From assembly GCA_963719205.1 (NCBI GenBank), contig CAVRAW010000005.1:280958-344957 (forward strand): a DNA stretch of 64,000 nucleotides. The letters run 5' to 3'. How positions within the stretch are numbered: the first letter of the stretch is position 1; each line of letters opens with the position of its first letter. The notes beneath the pieces are model-generated. The model ran no database searches. It worked only from the letters and a program-made list of their open reading frames with translations, and was not told the origin of the DNA. The stretch is from Pirellulales bacterium (GTDB lineage: Bacteria > Planctomycetota > Planctomycetia > Pirellulales > JADZDJ01). Positions 11,488 to 22,217 of this stretch are shown here, one piece after another. The translations under genes and the position numbers were made by a program.

Positions 11488-14249
11488 ATGTATCCAGTCA
11501 AAAAGCAACCTAGTATTAGCATCGCTGATCAAGGCACCCTCTTGAAGTTTCTACAGGCGCACGCAACTGCATTTCTGCGGCTAATTGTATGCCTGGCGGC
11601 GCCGGCAGCATCCGTCGCCCTCTGCACTCGTTCGGCGCTGGCTGATTACGAAGTCCCCAATCCCGCTTACGATGCGCCCGCCGGTTATTACAATTCGGCC
11701 ACCGGCACGGGAACCACGCTGCGCGGCAATCTGCATACCATCATTTCCAGCGGCTTCAACACCTACAACTATGGCGATGCCCGCACCATCCTGCCGATTC
11801 TCTGGGAAGATCCCAACGACTCCTCGAGAATGATCCTGGTTTACAACAACCAGTCGATCGTCAAACCCAACCCCAGTGGGACCAACCCGGCGGGCCTCCC
11901 GGGTTGGGACGGTGGCACCACTTGGAACCGCGAACACCTCTGGCCTCAGTCGCTGTTGGGGGTCTCGGTTTCAAACTCCTACAAAGGCCCGGCCAGCGAT
12001 CTCTTTGAACTGGCCCCCTGTAACCCCTCGGTCAACAGCTCCCGCGGGAATAATGACTACGGCACGACCGACGCCAGTGGCACGTACTTCAACCACGGCA
12101 CCAATCCGCATCCCTTCTACTTTTTCCCCGGCGATGCACAAAAGGGCGATGTCGCCCGCTCCATCTTTTACATGGCCACGCGCTACTACGGTGGCACCGG
12201 CATCCAGAACTTGAGCGTCCTCGACGGGTTTCCCAACGATACCATGGTCAACACTTACTCGATCGGCGATCGCCAGTCCCTGCTGCGATGGAATTACGCC
12301 GACGGCGTCGATAATTTTGAACGTCGAAAAAACGACCTGATCTACGACGACTATCAGCACAACCGCAATCCTTACATCGACCATCCCGAGTATGTTTGGG
12401 CCATCTTCGGCGATAGCGACAACAACTCACAAATTTCCGTCGCCACGCCCGCCGCCGACGGCTCGTCTTCCACCACGGCAAATCTCGGCAACGTGATCGT
12501 CGGCACTGCCTTCGGCACCGCCAATGTTACCGTCAGCAAGTCGGGTCACACGCCAACCACCTTCGACATTACAACTTCAGGAAACGCCGTCACCACGGGC
12601 AGTGGTTTGCTTGCAGGCACCGGGCACCCGTTCAATTACGACAGTCAATCGAAGGGCATGACCGTCGGCTGGACCGGTTCAACAGCCACTGCCGGTGCGA
12701 AATCCGGGACGATCACCATCGACAACACCGACCTGACTACCGCCGGTACCGGCCAAGGCTCCGCCGACGGCAACGACACGGTGACCGTCACCGGCAACGT
12801 CTACGATCACGCCAACGCCAGCTTTACCAGTCCCAGCGATACCAATTCCACGACGGTCGATGTGGGCATCTACAAAACCGGCACGGAACGCAATCCGCCG
12901 GCTTTGACATCTACAACCTCGTCAATACCGCCAGCTTCACGGCCGGGCTCCAATATGTCAGTCAGTCCGGCAGCGGCGACACCGCCCAGTTGTCTTCCAA
13001 CGTCGCCACCGCTTTCACCAGCGTTTTGGCGGCAGGTAGCAACATCGGGCTGAATGCGAACCTCAGCACCGCATCCATCGGCAGTTTCTCCGCCGCGTAT
13101 ACGCTCACGGTCGGCGACGATGCCAGCATTACCGGCCACACCAACCAGAACGTTACGCTCAATCTTGCCGGCCGCGTGCGCAACAACGGCACTATCTACT
13201 GGACAGCCGCCGGAGATTCCGCTTGGGATCTGAGTCATACGAAAACGAATTGGACCGACTTGTCTTTGAGCGACGTTTATCTCGAGGGCGATACTGTCGT
13301 TTTCAACGACGCTCAGAACCCCTCGGGCAGCCGCTCGGTGACGTTGAACAACTCCGTCACGCCGGCTTCGGTCTCCGTGAATCACAGCACCGGCAGCGAT
13401 TACACCATCAGCGGCTCAGGCGATATCGGCGGAAGCGGAGGGCTTACCAAAGCCGGTAGCGGTAAGTTCACATTGTCTACAAACAACACCTACAGCGGCG
13501 GCACCACGGTGAACGATGGCACGCTGGTGGTCGGTCACGTAAACGCCTTGGGCACCGGCGGCCTGGCGATTAACAGCACCGCCACCACGCAGTTGCAGGC
13601 CGGCTTGAGCGGGCCGGTGCAATTGCCCACCTTGTCGATCGCCGGCGGCTCCAGTCCGACCGCCACATTGGACATCACGGACAACAACATGATCGTCCAC
13701 AACGGCGATCTGTCCGCCTTAACCGCACAGGCCAAGGCCGGGCTCAGCGGCGGTTTCGACTGGAATGGCACTGGCCTCACCAGCACCACGGCACGTGACG
13801 ATTCCAATTTCGCCACCGCCGTGGGTGTGATCCAGAACGACGATGGCGGTGGCGGCGCCTTCTACAGCAGCTGGCCCGCCGGGGCCGATTCCGGTGGCGC
13901 CGTAAGCGTCAGCCAAACCGACGTCCTGATCAAGTACACCTACTACGGCGATGCCGACTTGGACGGCGTGGTGACCTCCGGTCAGGACTACGACTTGTGG
14001 CTGTTCGGCAAGAGCGGCGGCGGTACGGGCTGGGAATTCGGCGACTTCGACTACGACGGATCGATTACCGGCGCCAACGACTACGACCTCTGGCTGTACG
14101 GCAAGTCGGTCAGCGCCGGCAACCCGTTGGGCGGTGGCGGCGGCGTGCAGCCGGTCCCCGAGCCCAGCACGTTGCTCTTGGCCGCACTGGGTCTGGCCGG
14201 AGTGGCGGCCTTTGCCCGTCGGCGGCGGGCCGAAACGGCGCCGATTTAG
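11488..14249 (+). CDS. secreted endonuclease I-family nuclease fused to autotransporter-associated beta-strand (PATR) repeats, dockerin-like repeats and a PEP-CTERM anchor; frame broken near 12897
   Basis: Signal peptide. Endonuclease I motifs WNREHLWPQS, SDLFELAPCNPSVNSSRGNNDYG and GDVARSIFYMATRY. PATR-like GSGGLTKAGSGKFTLSTNNTYSGGTTVNDGTLVV. Two DxDxDG repeats (GDADLDGVVT.., GDFDYDGSIT..). C-terminal VPEPSTLLLAALGLAGVAAFARRRR. ORFs 11488..13053 and 12990..14249 join as ..GTERN(P)|AGFDIYNLVNTASF. Confidence 0.8.
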
Positions 14250-14464
14250 TTTGTGCTGCCTGATTTCCCGCGGAATCGCCCCTCGCGCTGGATTTTTTTT
14301 GAATCCTCGGTTATAAATTAGTCGTTAGGGCAATCGGCCTCTTTCGCAGCAAAACGGTCGCTAGTGATAATTCTCACAGCCTAATAGGTGCCTGACCTCT
14401 CTTGGTCCGCGCCTGGCCGTCTGTTTCTTAACTGCGAATCTTCATTGGCACCTGGGAGTGTTGG

Positions 14465-16138
14465 ATGCTATTTCATCTGGGACGATCGTTTGTTCGTGCG
14501 AACTACATATTTATTGCTTGGCGAAGCGCGCTGGCAATCTGCGCCGGTTTGGCGTTCGCCGCCTCAGCCCAGGCCACCGATTTCGTGGGCGCCGTCCAGC
14601 CGGCCGCGCTGGCTCAGCCCATGATCAATATCGCCCTGAGCACTTCCGATAGCGGCCCGCTGCTGACTTCAACGACCATTGATTTCGATCTGGCCACCGG
14701 TCAAATCGTTGAGAAGACCATTTTCAATCTGCAAGCGTATTTAGACACCGGCGCCAGCGGCATCCTGCTAAGCACTACCACAGCCTCCGACTTCGGCGTA
14801 CCTCTGCAAACCGTCGGCGCCACCCAGGTCACCTATCAGGACGTGGGCGCGGTTGGCTCGGCGACGTTCAACGTCTCGCAGCCGATTTTTCTTCGGCTAT
14901 CGCCCACGAACCCCGCGATCGACCCGGAAAATCCCGCCAACTATTCGCAACTTCCCGGTTCGCTTCGCGCACAAGTAGGTCCCGTATTCGACGCTCAGGG
15001 AGACGATTTGCAAAGGCTCATCAACGAACTGCTCGGAGGCGACATCAATGTTGTCGGCACTCCCGCCATGGCCGGCACTCCCGCCATCCCCGGCAAAGTC
15101 GTCGTGGTTGATCTCCGTGCGACGAACACGCTGGCTAAAAACTCGCCGTCGTTGGATCCAGTGCTCAACAGCATCATCACTGGTTTATTATCCGGGGATC
15201 CGACAATTACCGCAGCGGCCGTGACCCAACTCAACCAACTGGAAGATGGTCTTACTTTGCGTTCCTATCTCTACGCACCCGGCACGCCGTTCCACAATGC
15301 GACGCCGGACACCGATCCGGGAATTCCCGCCACGAATCGCCACATCAAGTTAACTTTGGCGTCGTTCGATCGATTCACTTCCGTCAGTCCCACCGGCGCT
15401 CCCTCTCCGGACTTGTCGGCAAATCCATTCATCGGACCCAATCCAATTTCCGCGATCGACGGCTCGGTCCTTCCCGGCGACGCTCCTGGCGTGAAGATCG
15501 CTTACGGCGGCCTTGCCACGGAAGGAAGCTTTCTGCTCGACACCGGCGCCGCGGCCTCGATGATTTCCACAAATCTAGCCGCCCAATTGCACGTCCGATA
15601 CCACACCAACGCCGACGGCACCCGCTATCTCGAAACCTTCGATCCCGCCAATCCCGGATCAATCGGAACGCAGATCGCCGATCAATTCCAGCTCACCATC
15701 GGCGGCATCGGTAACGACGGCTCGCAGGCTCTGTCCGGTTTCTATCTCGACTCATTGCTGTTGTGCACGCTCGAAGGCGATGCCGGTGATGACGACGACC
15801 CCAACCACCTGCGATTTTTCCAAGCCCCCGTGTTGGTCAACGACATCACGCTGACCGACAGCTTCGGAGCAAGCTTCACTCTCGACGGTATTCTGGGTAT
15901 GAATTTTCTTACCGCCAGTTCGACCGTCAACGGCAGTGATTTTGACTTGTCGTTTGGCGAACTATTCTCCGGCCAATTCGATTGGATGACTGTCGATTTC
16001 AACAGCGACAATCCCGTCCTCGGCCTCCAGCTAAGCGTCGAGGCCGTTCCCGAGCCTTCCTCCGGTCTCTTGGCCGTCTTTGGATTCCTTGCCGGCGCAG
16101 CGATCTTGCGAAAGAAGCGAAAGGCCTTCCGCGGTTGA
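14465..16138 (+). CDS. PEP-CTERM-anchored secreted protein with two retropepsin-like aspartic protease lobes
   Basis: Signal peptide (AICAGLAFAASAQA). Two D-T-G-A motifs, YLDTGASGILL (Asp codon at 14744) and FLLDTGAAASMI (15539). ILGMNFL near the end of lobe 2. C-terminal VPEPSSGLLAVFGFLAGAAILRKKRK. Confidence 0.7.
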   Translation: MLFHLGRSFVRANYIFIAWRSALAICAGLAFAASAQATDFVGAVQPAALAQPMINIALSTSDSGPLLTSTTIDFDLATGQIVEKTIFNLQAYLDTGASGILLSTTTASDFGVPLQTVGATQVTYQDVGAVGSATFNVSQPIFLRLSPTNPAIDPENPANYSQLPGSLRAQVGPVFDAQGDDLQRLINELLGGDINVVGTPAMAGTPAIPGKVVVVDLRATNTLAKNSPSLDPVLNSIITGLLSGDPTITAAAVTQLNQLEDGLTLRSYLYAPGTPFHNATPDTDPGIPATNRHIKLTLASFDRFTSVSPTGAPSPDLSANPFIGPNPISAIDGSVLPGDAPGVKIAYGGLATEGSFLLDTGAAASMISTNLAAQLHVRYHTNADGTRYLETFDPANPGSIGTQIADQFQLTIGGIGNDGSQALSGFYLDSLLLCTLEGDAGDDDDPNHLRFFQAPVLVNDITLTDSFGASFTLDGILGMNFLTASSTVNGSDFDLSFGELFSGQFDWMTVDFNSDNPVLGLQLSVEAVPEPSSGLLAVFGFLAGAAILRKKRKAFRG

Positions 16139-16159
16139 TGCGCGGCTGCTGCGTTGCAG

Positions 16160-16993
16160 CTACACCACTCGCGGTTCGCGGCTCAGTACGCCCAGCACGA
16201 TCTTCTTCAGCTTCGGCTCCGCCAGCGCCGCGCCGCGCAAAACATCTTCGATGTCGACCGGCTTCAAGCAATCGGGAAAGCAGGTGTCGGTTACTGCCGA
16301 CAACCCCAGCACGCGCATTCCGCCGTGCACGGCCACAATACACTCCGGAACGGTCGACATCCCCACGCAATCGGCGCCGATCGTGCGCAGGAACCGATAT
16401 TCCGCCCGCGTCTCCAAGTTCGGCCCGCTGACCGCCACGAACACTCCGCGGTGCGCCGTGAAGTTCTCCATCCGCGCCACTTCCAACGCCCGCTCGATCA
16501 AATCCGGCGTATAGCACCGGCTCATGTCCGGAAACCGCGGGCCCAAGCGGTCGTCGTTCACGCCCATCAGCGGGTTGCCCCCCAGCAGATTGATGTGATC
16601 GTCGATCACCATCACGTCCCCAACCCGGTACGTCGGGTTCATGCCGCCGCAGGCGTTCGAAACGATCAGCATGTCCGCGCCCAAATACTTCATCACCCGC
16701 ACCGGAAAAGTGATCTGCTGATGCGAGTAGGCTTCGTACGAATGCACGCGGCCTTCCATCGCCACGACCGGCACACCGGCCAGCTTGCCGCACACCAAGA
16801 CGCCGGCGTGACTGGTGGCGGTGGATTTTGGAAAATGCGGAATTTCGCCGTAAGGAATCGTCGCTTCGGTTTGAATTTCGCGGGCCACGCTGCCCAAACC
16901 AGTTCCCAAAATGATTCCAGCATGCGGCTTGCCTTGCCATTTCTGGCGAATGCCTGCAATCGCTTCCTGGACCTGGTCGTAAACTCTTAACAT
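16160..16993 (-). CDS. purine nucleoside phosphorylase (PNP/MTAP family, inosine-guanosine type)
   Basis: ILGTGLG, FPKSTATSHAG, VMEGRVH.YE, SNACGG and GMSTVPE motifs over 277 aa. Confidence 0.9.
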   Translation of the reverse strand: MLRVYDQVQEAIAGIRQKWQGKPHAGIILGTGLGSVAREIQTEATIPYGEIPHFPKSTATSHAGVLVCGKLAGVPVVAMEGRVHSYEAYSHQQITFPVRVMKYLGADMLIVSNACGGMNPTYRVGDVMVIDDHINLLGGNPLMGVNDDRLGPRFPDMSRCYTPDLIERALEVARMENFTAHRGVFVAVSGPNLETRAEYRFLRTIGADCVGMSTVPECIVAVHGGMRVLGLSAVTDTCFPDCLKPVDIEDVLRGAALAEPKLKKIVLGVLSREPRVV

Positions 16994-17130
16994 GGTGAGC
17001 CTGATTGCGCTGCGCCGAAATGAAGATCAAGAATCGCCCAGAGCGATCGCCTGGCGGCGTTCAAACAGCGCTATCATCGGCGAAAAAAAGGGCGTTGTCG
17101 AGAGGCCGCCCCGCGGGAAGACAATGGCCG

Positions 17131-17571
17131 TCAGCCGCCCAGCCCGTACTGCCGCATCAAGGCCTGATATTGTGGCAACTGTCGTAGGCTCAACAGATCC
17201 GGATCAACCTCCAAATGGCCAAAGTCGTTGTAGCCCAGCTCGATGGCTCGGCCCAACCAGCGGATGGCTTCCTGCACCGCGCCCCGCATCGCCAGACTGC
17301 ACGCCAGATTGTAATGCACCACTCCGTCCTCCGGCAGCAATCCGGCCAGCTTCTGATCGATCGTCAGTGCCCGATCGTATTGGCCACGGCTCGCATACAG
17401 TTCCCCCAACAACCGCAGCAAGCGAATGTCGTTGGGCTGGCGCTCCAAGATACGCTCGTAGAAGTCAACGTCGAAACCGCGCTGATCGAGCTTGCCGATC
17501 CACGGGTCGCTGCCCGGCGACGCCCCTTGCGCGTCAGAACCTTCGACCCGGAATTCTTTGGAATTCGACAT
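17131..17571 (-). CDS. TPR repeat protein
   Basis: ATG at 17571 (MSNSKEF). TPR-like helices LLRLLGELYASRGQYDRALTIDQKL and YNLACSLAMRGAVQEAIRWLGRAIELG. Confidence 0.6.
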   Translation of the reverse strand: MSNSKEFRVEGSDAQGASPGSDPWIGKLDQRGFDVDFYERILERQPNDIRLLRLLGELYASRGQYDRALTIDQKLAGLLPEDGVVHYNLACSLAMRGAVQEAIRWLGRAIELGYNDFGHLEVDPDLLSLRQLPQYQALMRQYGLGG

Positions 17572-17656
17572 GCCAGGGCGGGCCACAACCGCGTGGCGTA
17601 AGGCGGTAAGTGTTGCGGGAAACCTCAGATGCCACAATCGCCGCGCTGGCGATTAT

Positions 17657-18121
17657 TTATTTTTCGTCTTCGAAACCCTCGTCTTCATCTGTCTCGACCT
17701 CTCCATTGCCCGACGATTCGTCGTCATCCTCAAGCTCTTCCTCAAAATCGTCGTCGAAATCATCGTCGAAGTCATCCTCATCCCATTCGTCTTCCTCAAT
17801 CACCGGTACATCTTCGATGGGACCGTCTTCGTCCAAATCGTCATCGTCGCTTTCCGAATCTTCTTTTTCCTCTTCCTTTTCTTCTTCCGCCTCGTCCTTT
17901 TCAGCGCGAATCGCTCTGCCGACATCGTACGGAAATAGGCCGAAAAACACGCGCCGCCTCAGGCCGCAAAACTCGACCTCGTCATGCGCCGCATCCAACC
18001 ACGAGGGGTAACATTTGACCGCCAGCATGCCGATCGCTCCTAAAAGCCACTCTTGGGGATGAATATCTCGGTGATCAATCAACGTGCGGCAGACGGTGCT
18101 GGCTTGGTTTTCATCGGCCAA
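17657..18121 (-). CDS. hypothetical protein with an extremely acidic C-terminal tail
   Basis: 154-aa ORF whose last ~80 residues are almost only D/E (EKDEAEEEKEEEKEDSESDDDDLDEDG...DDFDDDFDDDFEEELEDDDE). The antisense poly-Ser ORFs are shadows of it. Confidence 0.5.
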   Translation of the reverse strand: MADENQASTVCRTLIDHRDIHPQEWLLGAIGMLAVKCYPSWLDAAHDEVEFCGLRRRVFFGLFPYDVGRAIRAEKDEAEEEKEEEKEDSESDDDDLDEDGPIEDVPVIEEDEWDEDDFDDDFDDDFEEELEDDDESSGNGEVETDEDEGFEDEK

Positions 18122-18210
18122 TCGTGCCGGGCGTCATCAGCCTCGCTGCCGGAATTGCTTTGGTAGCCATCCCACTTTCGTTTGTCAACAGGGCCAAAAC
18201 ACCGCGACGT

Positions 18211-19405
18211 CTACGTGTGGTAATCCGCATTGAGCCGCACGTATTCTGCCGTAAGATCGCTCGTCCAAAATCGCACCGCCCCCTTCCCTTCGCGAAAGCT
18301 CAATACCACCTTCGTCTCGCGGCTTTCCCTGATGCTGGCCGAGACCTTCGCGGCATCGAACTCCAGCGGTGCCCCGGCCCGATAAAGCGCGAATCCATTG
18401 ATCGTCAGATCCACCCCGGCCGGATCAAACGGCACTCCGGCGTAACCGGCCGCCGACACAATGCGCCCCCAATTCGGATCCGCCCCCGCCACCGCTGTTT
18501 TCACCAGCGGACTATCCGCCACGGTCTTGGCGATCTGTCGGGCCGCCGCGATCGTCGCACATCCCTGCACGTCCAGACAAATCAAATGGGTCGCCCCTTC
18601 CCCATCTGCCGGTATCGATTTCGCCAGTTCGGCGCACACTTCGTGCAACGTTTCTTGAAATTTTTCCAGATCGGCGCCGCTTCAAATTCGCGCCCCCGGC
18701 CGCGCCGTTGGCCAATAGCAAGACTGTGTCATTGGTACTCATGTGGCCGTCGACGCTAATGCAATTGAACGTATCGTCGACCACCGCCGACAGAGCCTTC
18801 TGCAGATTCTCGGCGGCAATCGCAGCATCCGTCAGCACCAATCCCAGCATTGTGCCCATGTTTGGCGCGATCATCGCCGCCCCTTTGGCCATTCCTGTGA
18901 TTTGGATCGCCCGCCCGCCGATCTTCGCGCTCCGCCCAGCCACCTTATGGATGGTATCAGTCGTCATCATGCCGCGCGCCGCGGCTACCAGCGAATCTTC
19001 GCCGGACCCTAGTTGCGCCGCACATTCGTGAATGCCCCTCGCGATGCTCTCCATCGGCAAAAACTCGCCGATGATCCCGGTCGATAGAACCAGCGCCTGT
19101 TCCGGTTTCGCGCCGCACGTTGCCGCGGCCAACTTGGCCATCTCCGCAGCGTCGCGCAGCCCACGCTCGCCGGTGCATGCATTGGCATTTCCCGAATTGA
19201 TTGCCACCGCCTGAAATCCCTCGCCAGGCGTGAGCGCCCGGTCGTACGCCACCGGAGCGGCAAACACCAGGTTCTTCGTGTACACCCCCGCGGCCGAAGC
19301 AGGCCGTTCCGACACCACCAGCGCCACATCGTGCCGCGAAGGATTGCGCTTGATCCCCGCATACACGCCCGCCGCTCGATATCCCTGGGGCACTTTCATC
19401 GACAT
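18211..19405 (-). CDS. argJ: bifunctional glutamate N-acetyltransferase/amino-acid acetyltransferase, frame broken near 18682
   Basis: NSGNANACTG, MMTTDT and the autoprocessing-site context NMGTMLGLVLTDA. The C-terminal fragment 18211..18648 carries ADPNWGRIV. The fragments join as ..LLANGAAGGANL|SGADLEKFQETLHEV. Confidence 0.9.
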
Positions 19406-19410
19406 GAATC

Positions 19411-20472
<1,062 letters not shown>

Positions 20473-20480
20473 ATTTGTTC

Positions 20481-20511
20481 CGTCGTTTAGCCCCGGGCTC
20501 GCCCCGGGGGT
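20481..20511. repeat. GC hairpin element family A, copy 1, immediately upstream of the argC start
   Basis: CGTCGTTTAGCCCCGGGCTCGCCCCGGGGGT; 7-bp stem CCCCGGG/CCCGGGG with a 5-nt loop; 29/31 nt identical to 21272..21302. It ends 8 nt from the argC ATG on the minus strand. Confidence 0.8.
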
Positions 20512-20558
20512 AGTGATTCAATACGCCGAATAAATTGAAGCGGCTAAGTATATCCTCT

Positions 20559-20600
20559 CCCTCTCCCTAAAAGGGAGAGGGCTGAAGTGAGGGTGAGACA
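20559..20600. repeat. hairpin repeat element family D, copy 1 (CCCTCTCCC-TAAAA-GGGAGAGGG + GAGGGTGAG tail)
   Basis: Perfect 9-bp stem in the argC/coaB intergenic region. It is related to 33580..33615. Confidence 0.7.
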
Positions 20601-20643
20601 GTTGTTGGCCAAATTGGGTTCGCCCGCAGCTGCTGCGCCAAAT

Positions 20644-21274
20644 TCACTTGATCAACTGTTTCTCGATCAAGCCAAACAACTCCCAGGCCACCTGCTCCTT
20701 CGCGCCGGCGATCGTCGCAATTGCCTCGCCGGTCCGATCCAGCACCTCCACGTTGTTCTCCGCCGAGCCGATCGCCTGCGGGCCATTGAGAACCATCAGA
20801 TCGCAACTCTTCTTTTGCATCTTCGTAATGGCGCGGAATCGCTGGTCCTCTGTTTCCAGTGCAAACCCCACGACCCATTGATCCGGCCGTTTGCCCGAAG
20901 CCAGCGTGGCCACGATGTCCGGCGTTTCCACCAGATGCAGCACCAGCGGCTCCCCCGTCTTCTTGATTTTCTGCTCTTCCACTCGAACTGGGCGATAATC
21001 ACTTGGCGCCGCAATGCCGATCAGCCCGTCGCATTCCGGGAATAGCTTCTGGCAAGTGGCGAGCATTTCTTCAGTCGATACCACAGCCACGACACGACAG
21101 ACTCTCGGATACGAAACTTCCACAGGGCCTGAAACAATCGTGACTTGATGCCCCGCATCCACTGCCGCTTGCGCAATCGCCTGACCCATCCGCCCGCTGG
21201 ACGCATTGGTCAAATACGCGCACCGGATCGAGATGCTGCCGCGTGGGTCCCGATGTAATCAGAATGCGCGCCAT
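20644..21274 (-). CDS. coaB: phosphopantothenate--cysteine ligase, frame broken near 21216
   Basis: MARILITSGPTRQHLDPVR (ORF 21071..21274) continues in ORF 20644..21213 as YLTNASSGRMGQAIAQAA.. once one extra base is removed. The rest matches the CoaB domain of Dfp. Confidence 0.85.
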
Positions 21275-21302
21275 CGTTTAGCCCCGGGCTCGGCCCGGGG
21301 GT
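21272..21302. repeat. GC hairpin element family A, copy 2, spanning the coaC stop and coaB start
   Basis: CATCGTTTAGCCCCGGGCTCGGCCCGGGGGT. On the minus strand it reads ..CCCCCGGGCCGAGCCCGGGGCTAAACGATGG, supplying the last 6 sense codons and the TAA stop of coaC and the ATG of coaB. Confidence 0.8.
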
Positions 21303-21856
21303 GAAGTCGCCTGCGCCAACTCCGCCTCGATTGCCGCGCGAATCCTTTCCGGTTCCGCCATCCGCCCCACCCCCACGTCGCGGCAGCTCAGCCAGCCCTC
21401 TTCCGGATCGACGATGGCCACTCCATCGGCGCGCAATTGCTCGACGTTGCGCTGCACCGCCGGTTGCGACCACATCTCGGCGTTCATCGCCGGCGCAACG
21501 ATTACCGGCCCGCGAAACGCTAAATACAGCGTGCTTAGCAAATCGTCGGCCATGCCGGTGGCCGCTTTCGCCAAGAAGTTGGCCGTCGCCGGCGCGATGC
21601 ACAGCACATCCGCCTGCCGCGCCAGTTCGATATGTGCCCCCAGCGGAAAATTTGGATCGCCGAATATCCCGCGTGGCAGCGGCCGCCCCGTCAGCGCTTC
21701 GAAGGTCGTGGGCCCGACAAATTCCTTGGCCGCTTCCGTCAAGATCGCCGTCACCCCGGCGCCGTCTTGCACCAAGCGGCTCACCAGCGCCGCGGTCTTA
21801 TAAGCCGCGATCCCGCCCGTCACGCCGATGACTATTTCGCGGCCCTTCATGACCAT
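21278..21856 (-). CDS. coaC: phosphopantothenoylcysteine decarboxylase (flavoprotein)
   Basis: IVIGVTGGIAAYK, APATANFLAK and PAMNAEMW. The stop TAA (21278-21280) lies inside a GC hairpin element and is 3 nt from the coaB ATG. Confidence 0.88.
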   Translation of the reverse strand: MVMKGREIVIGVTGGIAAYKTAALVSRLVQDGAGVTAILTEAAKEFVGPTTFEALTGRPLPRGIFGDPNFPLGAHIELARQADVLCIAPATANFLAKAATGMADDLLSTLYLAFRGPVIVAPAMNAEMWSQPAVQRNVEQLRADGVAIVDPEEGWLSCRDVGVGRMAEPERIRAAIEAELAQATSPPGRARG

Positions 21857-21860
21857 GTGG

Positions 21861-21955
21861 AAATTAGGATTTCTGATTTAGGAATTAGGACAGAAATCTC
21901 GGATCGCCATCCTTTCAAATCCTACATCCTAAATTCTAATTCACAGATTCTTACA
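21861..21955. repeat. phased heptanucleotide array in the rpoZ/coaC intergenic region
   Basis: gatttct gatttag gaattag gacagaa ... aaatcct acatcct aaattct aattcac agattct, all with a 7-nt period. Confidence 0.65.
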
Positions 21956-22217
21956 GATCGGCCAGATCCAATTCCGGCGGTCCGCCGGTGCCCTGATCTT
22001 CTTCGCCGGTGACCCGAACCTGGGCGCTCGTATCCAAGTATATTTTATCTTCCTTGATCTCGCGGATCACGATTTCCAGGTTGTTGTCAGTTTGCAGATC
22101 GACCAGTGGCCGGCTGCCGCTATTCAGCGCCACCAGCCGCTTCTGGATCAATGTGGAAAGCTTGAATCGCCCCCCCACCTTGTTGACGATTTCCTCTTCT
22201 TTCAAATCTTCAAGCAT
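21951..22217 (-). CDS. rpoZ: DNA-directed RNA polymerase subunit omega
   Basis: 88 aa; [19 protein letters not shown] is typical of RpoZ. It sits in the conserved gmk-rpoZ-coaBC neighbourhood. Confidence 0.85.
   Translation of the reverse strand: MLEDLKEEEIVNKVGGRFKLSTLIQKRLVALNSGSRPLVDLQTDNNLEIVIREIKEDKIYLDTSAQVRVTGEEDQGTGGPPELDLADL

Noticed and set aside
14250-14464. An intrinsic terminator after the nuclease gene (T8 run at 14294-14301).
   Set aside because: Only a weak, short GC stem can be drawn before the T-run, so it is not convincing enough to annotate.
17610-18018. Plus-strand ORFs with long poly-Ser runs.
   Set aside because: They are the reverse-frame image of the GAA/GAC-rich acidic-tail gene on the minus strand. 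They have no start context or motifs.
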